Part shown: in pieces, positions 9,167-17,125 of the stretch
Layout of the letters: each line of letters starts with the position of its first letter
How positions within the stretch are numbered: the stretch's first letter is position 1
Source: an uncultured Myxococcales bacterium
GTDB taxonomy: Bacteria; Myxococcota_A; UBA9160; SZUA-336
Assembly (NCBI GenBank): GCA_964566375.1
Contig: CAZMKX010000002.1
Span: forward strand, 1-40,471
Length of the DNA stretch: 40,471 nt
Reading direction: 5' to 3'
Notes under the pieces: model-generated
Told to the model about the DNA's origin: nothing
The model's input: only the letters and a program-made list of their open reading frames with translations
Database searches by the model: none
Made by a program: the position numbers and the translations under genes

Positions 9167-10438
9167 TCATCGCGTCGCGGTCCGCGCGAGGATGCGGCGG
9201 TAGAGCGCGAGCGTCTTCTCCGCGACCGCGGCGGGGCTCAACTGCGCGGCGCTCGTCTCGGCCGCCGCGCGGCCCAGGCGCGCCGCTCGGTCGGGATCGC
9301 GGAGCAGAGCGAGGATCGCCCGTGCGAGATCGTCCGGATCCGCGGGGCGGGCGAGCAGGCCGCTGACCCCGTCCGTCACCATCTCCACCAATCCGCCGGT
9401 CGCCGTCGCGACGACGGGGCAGCCGCAGGTCATGGCCTCGCCGAGCGTGTACGGGAAGTTCTCCCAGCGCGAGCAGACGACCGTCACGGCCGCCCGCATG
9501 CGGAGCTGCCGGATGACCGGCCCGGGCTGCGCGCCGAGATACTGAACCGCGTCGCGATCGGCTTGCTTCGGCAGCCGGTCGTCGATGAACTCCCGGGCGT
9601 GCCAGCGGCGGCCGTGCGCATCGGTGACGCCAGGATCGGCACCCGCGAAGATCAGCCGAGCGGACGGCTCGACCGCGCGAATCCTCGCGAACGCCTCGAT
9701 CGCGACGTCACCCGCCTTGTGGCTGTCGAAGCGGCCGACGAACAGGACCGTGCCCGGCTCGGATTTCCGCGCGTCCCAGCGCTCCGCCTCGGGAACGGCA
9801 GGAAGCGGATTCGGAATGACCTCGGCCTCGGCGAGGGGCAGACCGTAGAAGGCGCGCGTGCGCTCGAGCACGTCGCGCGAAGGCGCGCTGATTCCGGCCA
9901 CGCGCGCGATCGCCGCACCCTCCCGGCGCACGCGCCGCTTGAACGCCCGCGTGGTCGTGTCCTCCGTCATCGCCCCGTTCAAGAACCACGGACCGTGCAG
10001 GCGCGCGATCACCGGAACGGAGCACCTGGCGGCCACCCATCCGCACCAGCCGAACGACTCCTCCATCTCGACGACGTCGATCCCGTGCTCGCGAACGAGC
10101 CGCTCGATCTCGCCCGCGATCGCCATCTCGTTGGCGTGGTTTGCCGAGGCTCCGCGGCTGATCGCCTCCTGAAGTCGCTGTAGCGCGAGCAGCGGAACCC
10201 GGATCGGCCGCGGGACCGACACGTGCGCATCCGATCCGTCGGAGCCGTCGATGCCGGTCACGACGAAGACCTCGGCTCCCTTCGCACGCAGCGCCGGAAC
10301 GACGTGGGCCGCATAGGTCACGATGCCGTTCGCGATCTTCCCGCCGGGCCAGGCCGGTGTCAGGATCACGACCTTGAGCGGTCGGCCAGCGTCGGCCACA
10401 CCCGTCCCGATCGATCGTTGGGGAACGGGACTGCTCAT
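9167..10438 (-). CDS. Glycosyltransferase family 4 (GT-B)
   Basis: LKVVILTPAWPGGKIANGIVTY.., GRFDSHKAGD.. and the C-terminal EX7E-type region RWENFPYTLGEAMTCGCPVVATATGGLVEMV. Start set at the ATG at 10438. The maximal ORF start at 10519 would overlap the upstream gene. Confidence 0.85.
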   Translation of the reverse strand: MSSPVPQRSIGTGVADAGRPLKVVILTPAWPGGKIANGIVTYAAHVVPALRAKGAEVFVVTGIDGSDGSDAHVSVPRPIRVPLLALQRLQEAISRGASANHANEMAIAGEIERLVREHGIDVVEMEESFGWCGWVAARCSVPVIARLHGPWFLNGAMTEDTTTRAFKRRVRREGAAIARVAGISAPSRDVLERTRAFYGLPLAEAEVIPNPLPAVPEAERWDARKSEPGTVLFVGRFDSHKAGDVAIEAFARIRAVEPSARLIFAGADPGVTDAHGRRWHAREFIDDRLPKQADRDAVQYLGAQPGPVIRQLRMRAAVTVVCSRWENFPYTLGEAMTCGCPVVATATGGLVEMVTDGVSGLLARPADPDDLARAILALLRDPDRAARLGRAAAETSAAQLSPAAVAEKTLALYRRILARTATR

Positions 10439-10496
10439 GTCGGATGGGTCGGCGTCGCGGCACGCGTGCTTGACCCCCGCGTGGTCGGGATCGCAC

Positions 10497-11591
10497 TCAT
10501 TTCGCGTGCTCGCCGACATGCCGACACGTCGGTGGCCAGGTCTCGAGGATTCGCGCCGCTACGATGGCGTTTCCCTCCGGCGTCAGGTGGCCGTCGAAGG
10601 GCAGGAAGAGCGCTTCGTCCGTTCGGTCGGCCAGCGGCTGCGTGACGTCGATGAAGTCCGCTCCGATTCCACGCAGGATCTCCTCCGCTTCGCGCACAGG
10701 CCGAAGAGGATCGCGGATCTCGTTCACCATCGCACCGGCACGCGCCGCGTCGACCGCGGCCTGCGTCGGCAAGATCACGAAGCGGACCTCCGCGCCGTGC
10801 GCGCGCCCGACGTCCAGGATCCGCGCCATCTCTCGCGCGTAGGTCTGGCGTGCGCCGGCAAGAAATCCGCTGCTCCACGCGTTCGCGTCCGCGAGCTCCT
10901 CGAACATCTTCTCGAAGGGTGCATCCGGCCCGGGCGCAAAGCGGTGCAAGGCCGACGACGCCAGGCGATACAGGTGAAGGTGGGTCTTCAGCCAGCTCTT
11001 GAGGTCTCCACCGTGCCCCAGAATGCCCTCGTGTACCGCCACGTCCTTGTCCCAGACGGCGTCGTGGAAGTCGTTGCCGACGTAGGTCACGACGTAGACG
11101 GACTCGGGCGTACGCCCCTGGCGAAATGCCAGCTCGAGGAGCTCGCGGTACTGGACCGGGCCGTAGCCGGGCGCGGCGGTATTCACCTCGAGCACCTCGG
11201 GCGAGCTCGCCTGCACCCGTCCGACGATCGAGTCCGCATAGTCCACGCCGTGACCGAACGCGAACGAATCGCCAAGCCAGAGGGCGGAGCAGCGGGCGCC
11301 CACCGGGCGCGCGTCTCCGGTCCGGAACCCGTCCCCATCGGTGATGACGGTCCAGCGCGTCTCACCGGTGTCGACGAGCACGTTCTCGTCCGGCATCAGC
11401 GCGTGGAAGGGAAGCTCCGGGTGGCGACGGTAGATCGCCAGCCACGACGGCGACTGCGGTGCGACCACGCGCAGCGCCAGCTCCGCCAGCCCGAGCGACA
11501 GCGACGTGGACACGAGCAGGAGCGCGGCGCTCAGCGCGATGCGAGCCGCCCTTCGCTCCGTCGGCGTGCCGTCCCCGTCGGCGCTCTTCAC
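10497..11591 (-). CDS. Membrane-anchored SGNH/GDSL-like protein, AlgJ/AlgX-like (SGNH-3)
   Basis: Start set at the GTG at 11591, which overlaps the SGNH-4 stop (GTGA). Single TM (IALSAALLLVSTSLSLGLAELALRVV). Contains DGDGFRTG, LWLGDSFAFGHG, YVGNDFHDA and FDGHLTPEGN. The upstream 122 codons of the maximal ORF are R-rich and overlap SGNH-4. Confidence 0.7.
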   Translation of the reverse strand: MKSADGDGTPTERRAARIALSAALLLVSTSLSLGLAELALRVVAPQSPSWLAIYRRHPELPFHALMPDENVLVDTGETRWTVITDGDGFRTGDARPVGARCSALWLGDSFAFGHGVDYADSIVGRVQASSPEVLEVNTAAPGYGPVQYRELLELAFRQGRTPESVYVVTYVGNDFHDAVWDKDVAVHEGILGHGGDLKSWLKTHLHLYRLASSALHRFAPGPDAPFEKMFEELADANAWSSGFLAGARQTYAREMARILDVGRAHGAEVRFVILPTQAAVDAARAGAMVNEIRDPLRPVREAEEILRGIGADFIDVTQPLADRTDEALFLPFDGHLTPEGNAIVAARILETWPPTCRHVGEHAK

Positions 11592-12604
11592 GATTCGCGG
11601 TCCGCTGTGCCGGTCACGGGAATGCCCAGCCCGGGCAGACGTTCGAGGATGCGCTCGGCCGTGTAGACGTGACCCTCGCGCGTCCAATGGCCGTCGAGCT
11701 CGAAGTACAGGTCGGGGCGCACGGCCTTCTCGGGGATCTCGACGACCACGGCGCCGAGGCCGAGCGCCGCTTCGCGGAGCCAGCCGGCGCGCGGCTCGGC
11801 GACGTCGGTGAGGAGCACCATCACCGGCCAGTGATTCTCGCGACAGATCTTCACGGACTCCTCGACCAGTGCGAGCGTGAGCCGATCCACCTTTCCCGGG
11901 GACGCGGAGTCGGCGCTCGGCCCGTCGTCCGGCGGCTTCTGCAATCCACGCGGCCACGAGAGCTGCTTGGCCAGCCCTACCAGATACGAGAACGACAGCC
12001 CGGGCACGGCCTCGACGAGCGCCTGAACGCGCCGCGTCAGGCCGGGCGGTCGCGGCGGAAGCGCGATCAGCCCGCCGTCGGAATCCAGAGCGAAGAGGCC
12101 TTCGGCCGGATTGTCGGCGAAGTCATTGGCGTGGACCTGCAGCACCACCAGCCGCGGAGAGTACCGGCGCGCTTCGCCCCGCAGGAATTTCACCCAGCGA
12201 CCGTTCCCCGTGTCGCCGATGCCCGCGTTGATCACCGGAACGCCGCCGGGTGAGGTCGCGCTGAGCCGCTCGCGGATCAGGGCCGGGAACTCCTCCCCGT
12301 CGCTCACGCCGTAGCCCATCGTGAACGAGTCGCCGAGGAAGACGATCGCCCCCTGCGGCGGCTCCGCCGGCTCCGGTCCGCGAAAGCCGAGCGAGTTCGT
12401 CGTGAGGCGCATGCGGAACTCGGGCGCGATCCGTTCCGTCGAGTAGCTCGGCTTGAGCCGCTTGCCGTACTCCGCGTCGAAGACGGTGAAGGACGGACCG
12501 ACGTTGCGCACGACGACGAACGCGCGCACCAGCATCTCGCAGAGCAGGAGCGACAGACACGTCGTCGCGACGAGGGTCGCGACGCCTCTGATCGGTCCCG
12601 ACAA
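11588..12604 (-). CDS. Membrane-anchored SGNH/GDSL-like protein, AlgJ/AlgX-like (SGNH-4)
   Basis: Start set at the TTG at 12604, 5 nt after GGAAGGGAG. Single TM (VATLVATTCLSLLLCEMLVRAFVV). Contains TNSLGFRGPE, VFLGDSFTMGYG, VHANDFADN and LDGHWTREGH. The maximal ORF (to 12919) has an R/P-rich, implausible N-terminus. Confidence 0.7.
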   Translation of the reverse strand: MSGPIRGVATLVATTCLSLLLCEMLVRAFVVVRNVGPSFTVFDAEYGKRLKPSYSTERIAPEFRMRLTTNSLGFRGPEPAEPPQGAIVFLGDSFTMGYGVSDGEEFPALIRERLSATSPGGVPVINAGIGDTGNGRWVKFLRGEARRYSPRLVVLQVHANDFADNPAEGLFALDSDGGLIALPPRPPGLTRRVQALVEAVPGLSFSYLVGLAKQLSWPRGLQKPPDDGPSADSASPGKVDRLTLALVEESVKICRENHWPVMVLLTDVAEPRAGWLREAALGLGAVVVEIPEKAVRPDLYFELDGHWTREGHVYTAERILERLPGLGIPVTGTADRES

Positions 12605-12979
12605 TCGCGCTCCCTTCCGCGGCCGCCTCGAAGAGTCCCGTCTTCGAGCGATCGCGCGCCGGGACTTTAGCCGAGCCGGGCGTGCGGCGGCATCGGCCGC
12701 CGCCTCGCCAGGCCCGCGCGTCGGATTTCGCCGTCGGGAGGGATCGCCTATCGTCGGAGCTGCGGCCCGCCGAGGGGGAGGCTCGCGTGCGAGCGGTCGG
12801 CCGCGCGAGCCGCGGCAGGTCACCGGCAAGCGATTCTCGCGCGCGCCGTCTCCTCTGGCGGTTCTCGAGACCCCCGAACGCGAATTTCGGGATTGCGGGC
12901 GACTTGTGGGGCGCGTCACGGTGCCCTGCGCGATCGAACCCGATGTTACGGCCAGTCGTCGCGATGGGAGTGCACACGC

Positions 12980-15028
12980 ATGGGTCCGAGAATTCCAACT
13001 TCACTCTTTCTGTTGGCACTCGCTGCCACGCTCGGCGCCAGCCCCGCCGGGGCGGCACCCACGGCGAGGTTCACCGCTCGTCCGATCCAGGGCACGACCT
13101 GCGTGGCGCCGTGCGCCGTGCACTTCGACGCGATCGGCAAGGGAGCGCTGTCCCCCACGCCCTATGTGACGAGCGAGACCACGGATCCCGCCTTCCCCCG
13201 CCCGTTCCACAGCCTGCTCTTTGCCTGGGACTTCGGGGACCCGAACGGCGGCACCTGGCCGAACTCGGGCGTCGACAAGAACACCGCCACCGGCGGGATC
13301 GCCGGCCACCTGTACCGCAACCCCGGCACCTACACCGTCACGCTTCGCGTGACGAACCCCGCGGGCGAGGTGAGCACGACGACCCGCAGCGTCACGGTCG
13401 CGGACCCGGCCACCGTATTCTCGGCCGCGAACACCTACTGCTTCGCGAACGACGACTCGAACTGGACCGGTTGCCCGCTCAACTGCGCAGTCGACGACAA
13501 CTGCACGGTGACGAACAGCCTCGGCATGATGCTGACGGGCGGTGACAACTGCTCGGGCAACGACGACTGCGCGAACGCAGACGCCGGTCCGCGGCGAATC
13601 CTGCTCCGGCGCGGATCCACGTTCGCGTGGACCGACACGAGCTCGCTCGGCATGAGCCACAACACGAGCCCGGGCCTGGTTCAGGCGTTCGGCAGCGGCG
13701 CACGCCCGGTGCTCGACGTGAACGGCGGCTCGATCAGCGAAGGCAGCGGCTGGACGTGGAGCGACGTCGATCGGATCGACGCGGGCTACGGGCTCTACAT
13801 GCGATCGAACTCCAACAACCTCACCTACTACAACGTCTCGATCCGGAACTACAGCGGGTTCTGCTTCATCGAGGACGTCGCCCAGCCGAATTCCCTCGGC
13901 AGCCTTCACGCGTTCATCGACATGGACTGTCGAGGCGGCGCGAACACCTCGTACTCGATCTGGCCCGGCGCGCGGTACGTGCTGTGGATGGGCGGCACGA
14001 TCGACAAGAACAACGGCGCCGACTCGACGATGCGCGGCAACCACTTCCAGCACTACTTGATCCAGCACACGCGCTGGGTCAACTCGCCGTCCCGACGCGA
14101 GCACTGGCAGTTCCGCGCGTACGACGCGTTCCAGAACATGACGGCCGAGCAGGAATCGCTGCGCTTCCTGCTCGTCTCCGACAACGTGCAGAACCTCAAG
14201 GCCGACGCGACGATCGGATTCCGGATCTGCGCGGACTCGGGCTGCAACTGCGTCAACGGCGTCGGGCCCAGCGGCTGCGGCCCCAGCGGCGCCTACGAGT
14301 CCGGCCACATCGTCGACGTCGGCGACCTGATCTTCGAGCGCAACCTGTTCCGCTTCGAGTCGGGCTCGCCGAGCGGTCACAACGTGCTCGCGGACATCCA
14401 GGGCGGAGACATCTCCTTCCGGAACAACGTGGTCGACTACGGTTCGTCGATCAGCCCCGCGGCAACCGACCTGGTCTGGGCGATCGGCGAGACGGCGAAG
14501 GTCTCGGGCGCGAGCCGGCACACGGGAGTCTCGATCTACAACAACACCATCTACGCCTCGAATCCCGGCACCTCGACGTACCGCATGGCTCAGAGCCTGC
14601 GAATGGGTGGGTCCACCGGTTGTACGGCCGACTGCTTCGAGCGCAACAACCTGCTCGTGCTGACGAACGCCCCGACGGCGACGCTCTCGCCGTCCGGCGG
14701 CTTCGTCGGCTCGAACAGCGTGCTGGTGCGCACGGATCCGTTCGTCGGCACGATGCCCGCTCCCGGCACGTCGCAGATGGCGAACTTCGCGCTGATCTCA
14801 CCGAACACGAGCCTGATCAACGCCGGCTACAACCTGAACGTGGCGACGTCGAGCCGCGAGAGCACGATCTTCGCCGACGCGCTCGGCGGGTGCCGGTCGA
14901 CCGCGACTACCGGGCCGTGGGACATCGGGGCGCTCGAGAACGGCGCGACCGCCTGCAGCCTCAGCTCGGGTGGCGGCGTCACGCCGCCGCCGGCGGCCCT
15001 TCAGCCACCTCTTCTCCTCGCACCCTAG
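12980..15028 (+). CDS. Secreted PKD-domain + right-handed parallel beta-helix protein (candidate glycan lyase/hydrolase/epimerase)
   Basis: Signal peptide MGPRIPTSLFLLALAATLGASPAGAAP. PKD-like module (FAWDFGDPNGG..GIAGHLYRNPGTYTVTLRVTNPAGEVS). Cys-rich linker (CFANDDSNWTGCPLNCAVDDNCTV..DNCSGNDDCAN). Long N/G/S/T-rich repeats typical of pectate-lyase-fold beta-helices. Terminal PWDIGALE motif. Confidence 0.8.
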   Translation: MGPRIPTSLFLLALAATLGASPAGAAPTARFTARPIQGTTCVAPCAVHFDAIGKGALSPTPYVTSETTDPAFPRPFHSLLFAWDFGDPNGGTWPNSGVDKNTATGGIAGHLYRNPGTYTVTLRVTNPAGEVSTTTRSVTVADPATVFSAANTYCFANDDSNWTGCPLNCAVDDNCTVTNSLGMMLTGGDNCSGNDDCANADAGPRRILLRRGSTFAWTDTSSLGMSHNTSPGLVQAFGSGARPVLDVNGGSISEGSGWTWSDVDRIDAGYGLYMRSNSNNLTYYNVSIRNYSGFCFIEDVAQPNSLGSLHAFIDMDCRGGANTSYSIWPGARYVLWMGGTIDKNNGADSTMRGNHFQHYLIQHTRWVNSPSRREHWQFRAYDAFQNMTAEQESLRFLLVSDNVQNLKADATIGFRICADSGCNCVNGVGPSGCGPSGAYESGHIVDVGDLIFERNLFRFESGSPSGHNVLADIQGGDISFRNNVVDYGSSISPAATDLVWAIGETAKVSGASRHTGVSIYNNTIYASNPGTSTYRMAQSLRMGGSTGCTADCFERNNLLVLTNAPTATLSPSGGFVGSNSVLVRTDPFVGTMPAPGTSQMANFALISPNTSLINAGYNLNVATSSRESTIFADALGGCRSTATTGPWDIGALENGATACSLSSGGGVTPPPAALQPPLLLAP

Positions 15029-15056
15029 AGCGCACATCCCGCGTTCGGATCCGACC

Positions 15057-15103
15057 GAGGCCCCGAGCCGCCGCCGCACAGTGCGGCGGCGGCTCGGGGC
15101 CTC
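15057..15103 (+). terminator. Perfect 21-bp GC-rich stem-loop downstream of the beta-helix gene (intrinsic-terminator-like, no clear U tract)
   Basis: GAGGCCCCGAGCCGCCGCCGC (15057-15077), loop ACAGT, then GCGGCGGCGGCTCGGGGCCTC (15083-15103). The arms are exact reverse complements. It sits 29 nt after the stop at 15028. Confidence 0.55.
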
Positions 15104-15224
15104 GCCGTTCCTGGACGTCTCGCGCTCCCGAGCCACCGGCGGACCAGAAAACGCTACGATTCCGCGCATCAAGGACTCTGCCCGCGAATCCGAAAGCTCT
15201 GCAGACCCGCCCGGGAACCGCACG

Positions 15225-15947
15225 ATGTCGACGCTTCAGCTCTTCAAGGACTACAAGGAAGAAGACGACCTTCTGGAGCGCTACGTCAGGAGCCTGTACG
15301 ACGGGCAGTCGGAGCTGCGGATCCTCGAAGCGGGTTGCGGGCAGCACTGGCCGATGCGCCTCGACGGGATCCGCTACACGCTGACGGGCGTCGACCTCGA
15401 CGCCGAGGCGCTGCGCTACCGCGTGGACGTGTCGAAGGACTTGAACGAGGCGATCGTGGCGGACCTGCGCAGCCTCGATCTCGGGAACCGGAAGTTCGAC
15501 GTCATCTACAACGCCTTCGTCCTCGAGCACGTCGAGAACGCGACCCTCGTGCTCGAGAACTTCGCGCGCTGGTTGCGACCGGGCGGCCTGATCATCCTGA
15601 AGCTGCCCGATCGGAATTCCGTGTTCGGCTTCCTCACGAACGCGACCCCGTTCTGGTTCCACATCTTCCACCACCGGTACATCCTGGGTCACGAGAACGC
15701 CGGAAAGCCGGGATTCGGTCCCTACCCGACCCACTACGACCGCGTCGTCAGCCGCGATGGCATCCGCGCGTTCTGCGAATCCCATCGCTTCGCGGTCAAG
15801 GAAGAGCGCGGCTTCGGCGCCTACGTGATCGAGCGCAGCCTCCGAGCCCGGATCATTCGACTGATCGCGATCGGTGTGAGCGCACTCTCACTGGGCACGC
15901 TGCCGTGGCGACACAACAACCTCACCTATGTCCTAGAGAAGCAGTAG
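15225..15947 (+). CDS. Class I SAM-dependent methyltransferase
   Basis: Motif I is RILEAGCGQHW. It is followed by DVIYNAFVLEHV and LRPGGLIILKLP. 240 aa from the ATG at 15225. The upstream part of the maximal ORF crosses the hairpin and is R-rich. Confidence 0.85.
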   Translation: MSTLQLFKDYKEEDDLLERYVRSLYDGQSELRILEAGCGQHWPMRLDGIRYTLTGVDLDAEALRYRVDVSKDLNEAIVADLRSLDLGNRKFDVIYNAFVLEHVENATLVLENFARWLRPGGLIILKLPDRNSVFGFLTNATPFWFHIFHHRYILGHENAGKPGFGPYPTHYDRVVSRDGIRAFCESHRFAVKEERGFGAYVIERSLRARIIRLIAIGVSALSLGTLPWRHNNLTYVLEKQ

Positions 15948-15950
15948 ATC

Positions 15951-15969
15951 GTGATCTCGAGATTGGGTC
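15951..15969. repeat. IS terminal inverted repeat (transposase-distal end)
   Basis: GTGATCTCGAGATTGGGTC, starting 3 nt after the methyltransferase stop codon (15945-15947). Confidence 0.6.
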
Positions 15970-16017
15970 GCGGTAACGTTGCGGCGATGCTCTGAGGGAT
16001 TCTGAAGGCGACGTTCC

Positions 16018-17115
16018 CTAGTCTGCGTAGCGCCTTCGGTGCTCGGTCGGCTTCGCGATGCGCCTTGTCGGCGTCGCTCTTCGGTAGTAGCGGACGAGTC
16101 GCTCGGCGAGACGGGCGCGACTGACGAACAGCCGCCGCTCCAGAACTTCCGAGACGGCGAGGCGGCGAGACACGATCGCCAACCGCTGTGCCGGCGTCGA
16201 GTCGCGACGGCGCTCCGAGAACGACTTCATGTAGTTGCGCCAGACCGCGAACACGAACAGGCGCTCCGCCGCGCTCTGACGCCGCTTCGAGAACGCGATC
16301 GTCTCGCGCTTGTGGTTCGCGCTCGAGTGGCGGATCAGGAGATCGGCCAGGTTGACCGGGAAGAGCGGATTGGCCGGTGTCCGCGCGACGCGCGAGGGCA
16401 CCGTGCGATGCACCACGCGCAGATCCTTCAGGCGCCGGAGCGCGCGCGGGTAGGCGGGATGCTCATCCGAGAGGACCTCGAGGCGTGTGCCCGGTCCGGC
16501 GACCAGCTTCAAGAGCTCCGCCATCTCGCGCTCGATGGCGCGCGGGTCTGGTCGCCCGTGGACCCGCTCGAGCTCCGCTCGTCGCGCGCGCTGCGCCTGC
16601 GTCATGCGACCCTTGCGACGCAGCTCGGCGTCGGTGAATGCGTAGAGGAAGTGCGACGAAGCGCCGATGGCGAGGTTGAAGTGGACGGGGGTGTACTGGC
16701 TGAACTCGAAGGTCTCGAAGCCGTCGACGGCGAGGGCTTCGCGGGGCGCATGCCGCGGTCGCAGCCGCTCGTGGAAGAGCAGGCAGTGCCGCCCGAGGCG
16801 AGCGGTCTGCCCGAGCACGGTGGTGGGCGACACGCAGAGATCGCGTGCAATCTGTCGATAGCCGGCGCAGCCGACGAGGCGCATGAAGAGCTGAGGAAGG
16901 ACGTCCGGACGCTTCAGCCAGTAGGAACTTGCGAAGGTCTGTGAACTGAAGGACCGGTGGCAGTGAAGGCAGAGAAACCGCTGGATGCGCTGCGGCGCAA
17001 GGCGACGCGCGAAGAATCCTTTGCGCTTGAAGCGCCAACCGCGTGGATCCAGATGGAAAGCGCAGGCCGGGGCCGGGCAGAACAGCGGAAGAAAGCGCTC
17101 GAGTGATGGCCTCAC
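16018..17115 (-). CDS. IS1-family-like DDE transposase (fused InsA/InsB-type, no frameshift)
   Basis: N-terminal zinc finger CPAPACAFH..QRFLCLHCHRSF (compare IS1 InsA CPSC..QRYLCSHCRKTW). HTH-like GYRQIARDLCVSPTTV. Catalytic-core-like DGFETFEFSQY and SDEHPAY. C-terminal NLADLLIRHSSANHKRETIAFSKR resembles IS1 InsB [20 protein letters not shown]. Start set at the GTG at 17115, inside the IR. The maximal ORF start at 17190 lies outside the IR and adds a G/P-rich peptide. Confidence 0.7.
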   Translation of the reverse strand: MRPSLERFLPLFCPAPACAFHLDPRGWRFKRKGFFARRLAPQRIQRFLCLHCHRSFSSQTFASSYWLKRPDVLPQLFMRLVGCAGYRQIARDLCVSPTTVLGQTARLGRHCLLFHERLRPRHAPREALAVDGFETFEFSQYTPVHFNLAIGASSHFLYAFTDAELRRKGRMTQAQRARRAELERVHGRPDPRAIEREMAELLKLVAGPGTRLEVLSDEHPAYPRALRRLKDLRVVHRTVPSRVARTPANPLFPVNLADLLIRHSSANHKRETIAFSKRRQSAAERLFVFAVWRNYMKSFSERRRDSTPAQRLAIVSRRLAVSEVLERRLFVSRARLAERLVRYYRRATPTRRIAKPTEHRRRYAD

Positions 17116-17125
17116 ACACCCCGCT

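Noticed and set aside
6166-9366. 1066-aa plus-strand ORF, the longest in the track. Similar giants occur at 18315-21206 (-), 1267-3477 (-), 1284-3557 (+), 29036-31189 (-), 29203-31227 (+), 32350-34437 (-), 38105-40462 (+), 13001-14521 (-) and 21392-22933 (-).
   Set aside because: Their composition is extreme in R/A/P/G/D with no motifs. They lie antisense or out of frame to genes that have strong family signatures. These are typical GC-driven shadow ORFs, not genes.
14950-15028. C-terminal ..GATACSLSSGGGVTPPPAALQPPLLLAP of the beta-helix protein, which looks like a Cys-containing sorting tag (MYXO-CTERM or other CTERM type).
   Set aside because: It lacks a real hydrophobic helix and the terminal Arg/Lys cluster. 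The ORF stops after LLLAP. The evidence is insufficient to call a sorting signal.
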